Shown here in pieces: positions 12,201 to 23,800 of a stretch of DNA of 64,000 nt. The notes beneath the pieces are model-generated. The model did no database searches and was not told the DNA's origin. It saw only the letters and a program-made list of their open reading frames with translations. Location of the stretch: positions 68,798,788 to 68,862,787 of the forward strand of contig CM120640.1 of assembly GCA_051362555.1 (NCBI GenBank), given 5' to 3'. Made by a program: the position numbers and the translations under genes. This DNA comes from Lingula anatina (Eukaryota; Animalia; Brachiopoda). The number at the start of each line of letters is the position of its first letter. Position 1 is the stretch's first letter.

Positions 12201-14885
12201 GGTGAAGTGGCTTAAAGGACATTCCCATTCCACCTGCAAGCATCACATTATTTATGGTGTGAATGCATTTCCATTTAATTATCTAAATGCAGCCATTAAT
12301 GCCTTCCTTAAGACTGAAATAATGCAGTCAGTGCATAATGTCAGTGCATCAGGTTTACAGTCATTAAATAAACTGTCCATAGCTAGTCAGAATCTATTTC
12401 TTGCTAGTGGAGTAAGAAGAGCAAAGCTGTAGATGCCAGCCCAGCAAAGGATATTATTATAGACAAATGGTGGCAAATTAAAGGGAAGAAAAATAGCTGT
12501 GATTTCCTTGGATTTATGATAGCACTTATCTGGATAGACTAGGGGCAGCCTAAGACTACCCAGCATCAAGTGCAAAGCAAGATAGCTGACATGCATTAGA
12601 AGTAAAAGAACAAATATTTCTGATGTCCAAGAGACAAGACACTATCTACCAATTGCTTGGCTACATATAATGGAAAATATTATATGGTTATTGCCTGGTT
12701 TCGGCTTTTTGCAGGGCATTGGTTAACCATAAAAGTAACAATTTAACTTAACATTAAGTACAAATTTCTCATTGGTAACATGTTGTGTGGAGATATACCC
12801 ATCAAATGAAACAGCACTTTAACTGATTGTAATAAAATTACATAGCCATATTATACCACACTTGAGGATTTGTATCCAGCACAGTTGGGATGTGAGAATC
12901 TTACATTAAGCAGACCGGCACAAGCATGATTATTAACACAATATCATAAAAGAATGTCTACTATTTGTAATCCCCCAGTCACTTATGTTAAATACAAGCC
13001 TCGTACTTACATTATGAGGACCATTGTGATTGCTGTAGGTGTCCATGAAAATAGCCAGGCCATGGAAAAAATTTTTGCTGCCAAATACATCTCCTGAAAA
13101 TGAGGCACCAATAAGAAATCATTATGGTATTTTCAAAAAGACTGTTGACCTTGTTTTTAAATTATTTTCAAACTAACTGTACAACAAATAAGTTATACTG
13201 AAAAATGTGTACAGATTTTAAAGGAATTCCATAATATCTATTACAGCAATTTATTCAAAATTTGTAGATAAATATGCCTCTATTTCATCCCTTCATACAC
13301 CCTTCATAGGCACTATCACCTGGCCATTCAGGCAGTGAATATTACCATATAATAAGACTGCTCTTACTTACCCATTGTCAGTCTCTCTTTAGTGTACCAA
13401 ATGGCAAAGCCATCGCCAAATAAATTTGTCCCCTTTCCATGCACCTTAAACTGTATATGTAATTCCCAATCTCTGACAAGAACAGGCTGAAATATTCAAG
13501 TGAAAACTTGAGTTCAAAAAATCTCTATTACTTTCCATACACAGAAACCCATGCAGGTGCCTGTGTTCAACTTCTGGTAAAATCATCATTGTTCTATTCG
13601 AGTTCCTCTGGAATTTCAAATTTAGTAATATAAATTTCACCCCACTTTTCTTTTGTTGAAAGCATATTATTCCAAATTGATTAAAACCATATTTCACTGA
13701 ATACAAAACATTTTTTCAAAAATCAGTAAATATCTAATACTCAGTATTTTTTAAATAAATAATTTTTTCTGGATTAATAACTCACATGCTGGTTCCAAAG
13801 ACCTCCCTTCATACTCTGATGATCTGATGTTAAACGAATGTAATTATTGGTAAGCATTGTACTCCCTACAAAGTCCCATGGAGTTCCTGAAAAACAATGA
13901 CAATAAAATAACTATAACAAATGCTGCATACTGTTTACTAGTAAGCATCACCAAATACTGAAGTAGGTTCCACTGATTGTTTTTTTAAAAGTTTTTCAGT
14001 TATTATAATGTGATAATATGTATCTCTTACTTTAAGGATTTTACCAATGATTTTGATAAATATAAGCCAAGTAAATGAAAGACAACCATTGCCTTCAATT
14101 TATGCAACAGTTTTCAAATCACATCTCTGGTTGGTCATGTTCCAATTTAATTCTGACTGAACAAAACATCAAGCCTGCTTCAGGGAATAGATAGTTGTTT
14201 TAAAATTGCTCTTAAGAAATTGGAGAGGTAATACTTCACTTGAAATGGGTTTTGCCTTGAGTTTAGCACTGGTCTCTAACTTGATACATGTACTTATTGG
14301 CATAAAGAAACAGGGCACAGGACCCCTGTATCCGACCCCTTTAAGGTGCTGAACATCGTTAAAAATTAAATAAAATATTGAGGACCCCCTGATTTTTACT
14401 GCACTCATTCCACGCTTACCCGAGTCTATGAACATGCAAATTAATGACTAATATGTTATCGACTTGTGGCAAAGCGCAAAGTCGTGCCAAGTTAATACCC
14501 CACGGCGTTATACTGAGTATATATCACAAAAAAACAACAAAGTTTCCACAGGTGTTAAATTAAGGACACCATTTCATGATTATTATCTAGAAAAGTAATC
14601 ACAAAACTGAGCATTACCTAAGTTTGTTCAGGAGAGATGAACTTACAGAAATTTCCAGTAACTGCGGACCAGGTGACTGTGCCACGCAGAGCACGACCGG
14701 CGAATCTTAGATTTCGCCAAGAAAAATACAGCAATTATTTAAGAAAACAATGTCTTACCCACATACGGCTTCACAAGGGAATGCTCCTTTTTCATATAAT
14801 CTCTAGTGTTCCATTCGGCAAAATTAACACAATACTGCTCAAATAAAATGAGCACTGCCACCACGGCCTTACTGATCGTCGCCAT
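9282..14885 (-). CDS. LMAN2: VIP36/VIPL-like legume-type lectin cargo receptor (LMAN2/LMAN2L ortholog), 9 coding exons per isoform, ~326 aa
   Basis: Exons 14885-14759, 13886-13786, 13486-13372, 13093-13011, 12113-11952, [11692-11578 or 11023-10909], 10087-10038, 9750-9687, 9445-9282 (981 nt). Signal peptide, KKEHSLVKPY, LFGDGFAIWY, GLAIFMDTYSN, YDHDADGTHTELAGC, LPTGYY.G.SAATG.LADNHDIIS, a TM helix and a cytosolic RKRFY tail. Confidence 0.93.
10909..11023 (-). CDS. LMAN2: LMAN2 alternative exon 6b (canonical GDL variant)
   Basis: TTTTCAG acceptor, 115 nt, VSTDINNKNKWKECFKVKGVHLPTGYYLGFSAATGDLA, donor G|GTACAA, phase 0 to 1. Confidence 0.9.
11578..11692 (-). CDS. LMAN2: LMAN2 alternative exon 6a (GQL variant)
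   Basis: CAG acceptor, 115 nt, VSTDINNKGGWKECFTVKGVHLPTGYYLGFSAATGQLA, donor G|GTACAA, phase 0 to 1. Confidence 0.85.
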
Positions 14886-14975
14886 GTTTGAACTTCCGCT
14901 GACGTACTTCCGTGTACCTGTCGCACTGCAAAACGCAATCGAGACGACACCAGTGACGTTGCCCCCTCCCCATTA
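14880..14975 (-). promoter_or_regulatory. LMAN2 proximal promoter motifs
   Basis: CpG-rich stretch. YY1-like AACATGGCG over the start codon, two ETS-like CGGAAG sites (+ strand CTTCCG at ~14893 and ~14907), and TGACGT CRE half-sites. Confidence 0.45.
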
Positions 14976-14991
14976 TCTTAAGAAGTTAAGA

Positions 14992-14993
<2 letters not shown>

Positions 14994-15029
<36 letters not shown>
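14994..15029. repeat. (AAT)n microsatellite
   Basis: About 12 perfect AAT units. Confidence 0.95.
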
Positions 15030-15030
<1 letters not shown>

Positions 15031-16479
15031 TTATACATATTTTACCATTTGTATCGATTTAAAACCTTTTCCTTATTTTAATATTAAAATAAACTATTAA
15101 AATAGTTCATCTTTGTTAGGCTCCTGTCTGAACCCATGGATAAATATTTTCATGAATTAGGCCTACATATAGGCCTAGTGCAAAATGTTTTTTGATAAGC
15201 AGACAATAAGGTCGCTGAATACCTTCTATACAGACGGGATGAAAACTCTGAAAATGGTATAAAAAGTCTACCTCTACCTGCACACGCGAGCCTGGCATTC
15301 TCTTTCACCTCGGACAATGACATGATGTTTATAAAAATTAAGGGACCATCATCAAGTGCAACAATCATAGGAAGTGTCATCCCGGCATTCATATCTACCC
15401 AATTATTTGTTATGGATAGGCTCCTTTTCACAGATATTCTCTGGCTATTCACTAGTTTTGCGCATTTCTGTTTTGGTGAGGATTTTTGCACCACAGCTAC
15501 GTCATCAACCTGTTGCGTCCTCCTGGTCCTCTGGTAGGCCCTACCCCCTAGCTGTGCATGTAGAGACTATAGATTCTCGCACGGGCATTGTTAACATTGA
15601 AATAAAACAGATATTGTGAGTTCAAGGCTATTGTTCGACGGTGCATTAATAGCAATGGGTTTATTTCGCTCATTTCACGCTTAGGCATAGATGAGTAACA
15701 AATTGTGTTCTAGTGCAACCGAAATTCTGCCTGAAATTCAACAAAAATTCTCGATCTAGTTTTATTTCGAAAGCTTATCACAATGGCGAAAGCACAAGAG
15801 ACAGTCTTACATTCTTTGTTTAAGTTATTTAATAAAAAGGGTCCTTTGTAACAAATGAGAAAAGAAAACACTGTGTGATTCTAAATATAGGCCCTACAAC
15901 TATGACTTAGGACGCAGGTTCCTCACTTTTGAATATTTTAACTATTAGCATAGCATGCGCAGATGAAAATCTTGTTTGAAATGGAAGTTAAATTAAAACC
16001 TTTCACAATTAAAACGTCAGTGGTGTATTTTTTTTTTTCGGTTAGGCTACAGGCACAAGAAGGAAAATAACTGGTACGACAAAATAGGCCTACTGCTTAA
16101 AACGGCTTTTGGTCGCGCTTTCTAAGTGTTCATTCTCAATATCATATTCACCGTAGTCACAGAATACGTTTCTTATTGTATATCTTATATAAAGATATTT
16201 TTCAAAAAAATTTTTTTTTCAATTTTGGTAGTCCAGAACCAAACAACTCGTTGTAATGAGCCTCCGTATGTAATTTCGAATAACAGACCCTGAATTTCGC
16301 AGTTATTACAATGTACATATAATTCATTAATGTTAATAATTATGTGTCACAAATTATGCATGAAAATTAATGTGCAACTTCTGGTTTCTCTCTTTTATAC
16401 AACCTGCAGGCTAGTGGACGCAGGGCCCAAAAGCTGAATGATTAAAACCCAAATATATCACACCAATATTCCCCTCTTT

Positions 16480-16671
16480 AAATTAAAATTTGACTAGCTG
16501 AATCATAGTCCAAAACCGTACCAAAAGGCACCGTGTGCCCACCAAAACTCCAAAAAATATTTCGGGACCCTTAAGCAGGCCCCGAACCCCACGCCAAAGG
16601 GACGATGGTCGCATCCGAGGCTTGTCGCTCCGCCCCCCCCCCCTCTTCAAATAATCCTAGATCTGCCCCTG
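16480..16671. mobile_element. Truncated non-autonomous DNA transposon arm
   Basis: Ends in a C-tract plus TCCTAGATCTGCCCCTG, a CAGGGGCAGATC-type TIR common in animal MITEs. No partner TIR was found. Confidence 0.5.
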
Positions 16672-17759
16672 AAATATGGCTTTGTGATTTATAGCTATCT
16701 ATTCTTCCATATTTCAGTTATTAAAACATTTTGACTTCATCAATTGTTAAATAACATCGGAATGCGACATTGCACACTAAGTCACCTGTTTTTACGTAGA
16801 TAGGCTACAAAATAATGAATTTCAGTCGGGATAAAATAAGGAACTTTCGGTACGGAAAGCACGTTTGTATGCGTTTGCTGTGCGTTTAATGCAGTAGTTT
16901 TCCTTCAGTAATAAAGTTGAAACCGGTCATTGAGGCCTAGGAAAGGTAAATTATATCATACAGTACTTAGGCCTACATGTAGGCCCCTATAGGCCTATAT
17001 CAATAATTTTGATTTCACGTCTAGTAGGGCCTATTCCAAAAGCAGTTTTGAGAATAATAATCGTTATTTAAGTTTGTCATGTTTAAATAGCTTAATCTGC
17101 AGTCTTATTTGTTAAAAATCAGAAAAAAATGTATTTAAATCGAAGTCACGCATTTAGTTTGATGGTGGTGAAAGGTGTTGATCTCGAGGAATAATAATTC
17201 CATATAGCCTAGGCTTAATGATATGTTTGAATACATTGTTAAGAATGAATAAATAGGACAAAAGTGCGTTTTGTGGAATTTTTGCCAAGACTTTTCCTAT
17301 TCTTACTGTTCTTATCCCATTTAATTTACAACAACTTTTAGATCAAACAGCGAAATGTAAACTGAAATAAAAGATGAAACTTTAATTGTCCCCCCCCCCC
17401 CCTGTACGTATTCGAGCGTGTTTGGGGTTAGATCTATAGTGCCCTCTTATTTCCACTTACAACGTTCTTGTTGTAAAAACATACAAGCCCTTCAGAGTCG
17501 AAAAGCGTTTTCAGAGGGAAAAAAATTGACCTTTCTAGGTGTAAATTATTTTTGAATATCCATCGATCCCCTTACAAAACTCACGGTATCTTGACACAAG
17601 GAAAGAAGAGGGGAATAATCAACAATAATTTAGTTGACTATCTGTCATACCTAAAATATTTAACTATCCGATAGTTTCATTGATCTAGGTGTAGATCATT
17701 CATCCAATGCTTTGTTTACGATATCGAGATCATCGATAGTCAAGTTGTGTGATTTTTTC

Positions 17760-17859
17760 GTGCAGAGGTGGCCCTTCCTGTTGATATTCAGCGCCCTCTA
17801 CCTATGTAATGAAGCATGCGCAGTCGTAACATAAAAGGTAGCCATTCAATACAGGGGAC
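17760..17859 (+). promoter_or_regulatory. TIA1/TIAL1 proximal promoter and 5' UTR
   Basis: NRF1-like GCATGCGCAG at ~17814-17823 and CAGCGCCCTCTA at ~17789-17800, directly upstream of ATG 17860. Confidence 0.4.
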
Positions 17860-20800
17860 ATGGAAGGTACGTAAAATACCGAATAAGTGTTGAATTTCAA
17901 AATAAATATTTATTTGAATACTTTTAAAACTGTTTTTCTTTTTGTTTCAGATTACAATGATGAATCCCAGCCACGTACTTTGTAAGTATCTGAAAGCAGG
18001 CGCTCTAAATTCTATGTCACGTCCAGTAGTTTACAGAGGCATGTTCAACCTTTAGTCATGTGAAACTTTAGAAATGACTAGATTCCGGTCTGCTTTACAC
18101 AAATCCCAGTCATTATATATTTAACCGAATCATTTCGTATTCCATTTTGTGAAGGTACGTTGGTAACCTGGACAGCATGGTGACAGAAAATCTCATCATA
18201 GCCCTTTTTGGTCAGATTGGTGAAGTGAAAGGGTGCAAAATTATCCATGAGGTGAGTTTTGAAACAGGAAGATGCAACAGATGCTTGAAATAAACCGGGG
18301 GGAAATACTCCCATTTTAACCACTGCTGCTCTTTTCAGCAAATACTTTTGCTCTTGAAAACAACAGCAGCAGATCAATGTTTCTTGTGCACTGATCTGGA
18401 GAAGTATTCATGATACTCGCAGCTGTGATTTGTGAATACCGTTCTACTTATTTTGTACATCTTTCTTTAATTTTGAAAATGAAAACAAAGCTGTCAATTG
18501 TGTTTTTGTTAGGAAATCCCACAAAACTGGCATGAGAAAGGTTTTTTTAAAAAGTACTATCAGTATTGAAGAGAACAACCATATGCACATGTTTGTTGAG
18601 TATATGATGATTACTTAACTTTTAAAACAATTTAAACCAATTATTTTGGACTTGATTTGATGTAAAGCACAAATTTTTATGAATTTTTTATGAATATATC
18701 ACATACTTTTAGATTAAGTTACTCTTATTTTTAACTAAAAGGCAACGTGTTAAAAACAAATGATTATTTTGGAAAAAATATTTTTGCATCAAAAATTTAA
18801 ATTAAAGTAAGTGAAAAAGGAAGTATATTGTGGTTGGTATTAATTTTTTTCTGTGTATGAAAATGAAAGGGTAAGTATACTTAGAGTTTATTCTTTTGTC
18901 ATATAAATAAACGTGTAGTCAAGAAGAAGTGAACAACATGGGCTTGGGAAGCAATAGGACATGTGGTATCTGTTTTTTTTTATACTTTAATTTTATAGAT
19001 AAAAAATTTACACTTGTTATGTATTGAAGTTCTGTTTTCTCACCATGATAGTGAGTGTTGAACAGACAACTCTAAGCTGTAAGGTAATTAGGTTTTCTTT
19101 TCATTATTAGCCCAGTTTCTTGTGTCCTAAATACAGTTTTTTTAATAACACTCTTTTGCAAGACAACCAACTGTTGTTACAGTTATTTCATGTTATTTGG
19201 TGTAGATAAATGATAGTTGGAAAACATTTTAAGAAAGCTAAGAAAAAAAGGCAAAATAAATAAACCCCAAGACCTTCAGTAATTATTAACAGACAGGTAA
19301 ATAATTTCCTACTGTAGTTTTATATAAAATGACACTGGTGGTAAGTATCAGTTTTGTTATTGAGTGTTTTCAAAGACTAAGTTGTACTTGAGGAAAACTG
19401 GGGGACATGATTCCTTAACCTTAGGTGAGACTTTTTATACATCTTTTAAACATTTTGTCCCCAAATCACTTGACACATTAGATAAAATCCTTGATAGCTG
19501 GAAAATTGTAAGGATTGATAGAACAAGGACAGTGGTATGTATCTTTTTATTATAATATTGTGTACTACACAGTTTCCCAAACTTCACTAAACTGTAATAG
19601 TAGAACACACTTGCTTAAGTTCTTGCCCGTCATTTCATTTTAATCTGTCGGACAAGTAGACCCTTTTAACTTTTTCCAAAGAAGATTTCAGTGGCTTTCC
19701 CCAGTTGTTATTTTTGCCGTTTGAGAATTTGTCTATAGCACCACTGATCTCTTGGAACCATATACCATTTTTCAGGTCACCATGACCAAAGCTTTCTCTG
19801 AAGAAATGTCAACATGACAATTGCTGCTTCCCCAGAAGGGTATTGCTTTTCATTTTCATTCACATATTGTGCCATATATTATATCATTGCAGCTTATTAT
19901 ATTATTGTACTCCTATGATATTCATAACTAAATTGTGCAATACACTTTTAGTTTAATATGAAATCAAACGAGCAAAATCTATCTATTTGAAGGGGTTGCA
20001 TATAACCTCAAATATTGTGTGATTTTGGTGCCATAACTGAAGTAGTTGGGGGGCTCAATTTTCAGTCTTGTGGCTCATGTGGACCACACTGAGAATAAGA
20101 AGAATGCCCTTGTTAATTGAAATTTAAAAAGCTATTGTCTACTTGGTTGAAAGTATTGAAAAAAGGAAGAATTGATCTGAAAAAGGTTTTTGACTACGAA
20201 GACAAATGTACTGTGCATCTTTCTGTTTCTTTTGTAAAAAAAAAAGTGCAATCAAATTAGTGTGGCTGTGACAGTTTAATGAGTATGATTTGGTTGGCTA
20301 ATTACAGTAGCTGGCCTCAACTAAATACATAGTAAATATGTTAGAATATCTAATTAGGCTGTAGTGAAAGTTTGTGACCTGGCACCAGATGCTACTGTAT
20401 CGTTATCAAACTTGGGCACCACTGGGGGAGTAGATAAAATACAGCGATAGTATTCAGATATTATTGACTTTACAGATCGGATATTTTTCGATAACATAAC
20501 ATTATAGCAGATTTGATATATTAAAAAAGAGCTGGTCATACTAAATTAAAGTGTGTGATAGCATTTATGATTATCAAGGAATAAAACAGAATGGTATAAT
20601 TTAATTGTGCTTGTACATATGTATTATTTTTGAAAATATGCTGTTATGTTGGTTAAGTTCCAGCTGCAGGGAATAGTTTTAAACTGAGTTTTTGCCACAC
20701 CCTCCTGTGAATTTTAATTAACTGTACACTGGGCTGCAACAGAATAATGGGTTTATCCAGTATATAGATGCTAAGAAGTTGAAAACGTTATTGAATTGGC

Positions 20801-23800
20801 CATGTTATGTTAACAATGTATAAGTTGCTAAGCTTTGTGTGGCATTTTAATTATTCAAAAAAAAAGTGTTATATGGTGTACTTACCTTATAATAAACCTC
20901 TAAAAAAATTAGTTTTTATTAAATATACATATATATATATGTATTGAAATTTTGTTCTTTCATCTGCAGCCCAACAATGATCCTTACTGTTTTGTGGAGT
21001 TTGCCGAACATTCAGCGGCAGCCGCTGGCCTCAACGCCATGAATAAGAGAGTCTGCCTTGGCAAGGTAAGTGCACAGCTTTTACATGCACTTATATATGA
21101 AACTTATTGCTGCTTTATTGCTGAGCTAGAAACGTTGATCTGTACATTTGTATTGAATTATCCTTGACAACATGAACATAAAAACTCCATGTGATAATTC
21201 AAAAACATGAAACGATGACATAAACTCTACATGATCATTTACAACATGAACAGGTGATATAAACTCTACATGATCATTCAAGTTAGGTCACTTATTATAC
21301 CCAGATATGGTTTTAAGATGACACCTGCCTTTTTCTCAGCATTTAATATGACGTTGATTACTGTATTATGCAATTTAAGACAAGTTCACTGAAAGTTGTC
21401 TTTTTGAATTTATCATTTTAAATGTATGTTAAATGTGTTATACTATAAATAGAATAGACGTGGATAATAAATACATTTCATTAATTAAACAGTGTTTGCG
21501 TTTCCATTTCTTTTTTAACCTCAAAGTTTGATTTACTGATCTAGACAGACTGGCCTAAGCAGGTAGATCCAAAATATGCCACCTTGTCCTAAGTCTCGTA
21601 AACAGGATCCTGGATTCCCTGTGTCCCATGGTGTAATAAACCATCTTCCCTGTGTCCTACAGTGCAGTACACTGGATTCCCTGTGTCTTGGGGCTCAGTA
21701 CACTGGATTCCCTGTGTCTTGGGGCTCAGTACACTGGATTCCCTGTGTCTTGGGGCTCAGTACACTGGATTCCCTGTGTCTTGGGGCTCAGTACACTGGA
21801 TTCCCTGTGTCTTGGGGCTCAGTACACTGGATTCCCTGTGTCTTGGGGCTCAGTACACTGGATTCCCTGTGTCTTGGGGCTCAGTACACTGGATTCCCTG
21901 TGTCTTGGGGCTCAGTACACTGGATTCCCTGTGTCTTGGGGCTCAGTACACTGGATTCCCTGTGTCTTGGGGCTCAGTACACTGGATTCCCTGTGTCTTG
22001 GGGCTCAGTACACTGGATTCCCTGTGTCTTGGGGCTCAGTACACTGGATTCCCTGTGTCTTGGGGCTCAGTACACTGGATTCCCTGTGTCTTGGGGCTCA
22101 GTACACTGGATTCCCTGTGTCTTGGGGCTCAGTACACTGGATTCCCTGTGTCTTGGGGCTCAGTACACTGGATTCCCTGTGTCTTGGGGCTCAGTACACT
22201 GGATTCCCTGTGTCTTGGGGCTCAGTACACTGGATTCCCTGTGTCTTGGGGCTCAGTAACCTGGATTCCCTGTGTCTTGGGGCTCAGTAACCTGGATTCC
22301 CTGTGTCCCATGGTGTAGTAAACCGGATTCCCTGTGTCCTACAGTGCAGTACACTGGATTCCCTGCAACCCGGATTCAGTAAACTGGATTCCCTGAGGGC
22401 TCTGTAAATGGGATTTTCAGTGACCTAGGCTTAACAGTGAGTAAATGTGCCATTGTCAGCAGAAAATATTTGCAAATAAGCTGTTAAATTAACTTTCTCC
22501 CATTTTCTGTTTTTGCTTCCATCTACTGTCACCTTCACATTTTGCTTTTGTTGTAGACACTGTTTCGAATTCATTTGGTGTGGAGGCCTAATAGTGAGCC
22601 TCCTAGGGGGATGTCTTTATTTGACCACTAATGGATTCAAATGTTTCATACATTTCAGCTCATTTTGATCAATAAAGAGTACATCCATGTTTTGATTTTG
22701 AAATTGAAAATTGGATTAAAGAAAATTTAGCATCTCCTGTGTCCTTCAATACCAGATGTTTGATTATGGGAATTGATGGTGAGATGAATATAACAATTCA
22801 TTTTGTTTCAGCTCATAGGATTAAACAGATATCTTATTCTGTACAGCTTCATCTGTGTGTTGATATTGGGGTTCCGTTTGTAAATTAATATATATTTATA
22901 CCTGAACTGTTACTGTGAAATGTTATTCTACTTTCAGTGCCCAAATATGCCTAAAATTATAATTGTCCATTTACTCAATATATAGTCAATCTTACTACAT
23001 AGCAACTTGCATCTCTAATCTATGGTCAGCTCAGTCTGTTTTAAAGTATACTTTAGGATGTTTGACCACCTGTTGCTTTATAACTGACAGATGCTTTCTT
23101 TTCTTTTCATTATAATCATCTGCACAATATCTGAGTGGAAACGTGGTTGATTTATAATATGCTAATCATCTCACTAAGGTAGCTCAGTGAAATACAAAAA
23201 AAAAAAAAAAAAGGTTTTCAACATAATTTGGAAATCAACACTGAAGTGTGATTCTAAGCACTGTTTGCTGAAAGTCAAACTTGTTTATTGATCATTTGGG
23301 TGAAGTTAAAGATTGATTCAATCTCCATATCAAAATTCACAATGAAGCACACATTGCGGAATATGCCAACATATTGTGTGCATACATGGCATACATGTTC
23401 TTCTTCTTGTACTATTTTCTCTAGGGAATTTGATATACATGTTTTAATTAACAACCAGGAATGACCTAGAGGATCTTACCTAATTATTTGAGTTACATAA
23501 AAAATGTAATCTGAACATATTATTGAAATTTTAATTAATGGTCTGCACGACTGCATTTTAGGACTGCTGAGGGATGGAAAATGGGGAAGAAAATATTTAA
23601 AAGTACAAAAATGATATGACATTAATTTGAGATTTGTGGCCTTTGTGTGCTGGCAAAAAAGATCCCATTATGTATTAGTTGGTTTATTTAACTAATGTGA
23701 AGTTATTGCTTGATGTTAGTAATAGTGCATCAGTTTGAAGATACAGACTATAACACTCACTTATTAATGCTAGTTTTAAATCGTGGATTTATCCCAGTAT

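Noticed and set aside
15116-15619. Cluster of 60-114 aa ORFs between LMAN2 and TIA1
   Set aside because: No recognisable domain or splice framework; at most an unassignable decayed element.
21576-22318. Three 212-227 aa ORFs and a CRISPR-like appearance
   Set aside because: These are a by-product of a stop-free 31-bp tandem unit. There are no unique spacers, no cas genes, and the context is a eukaryotic intron.
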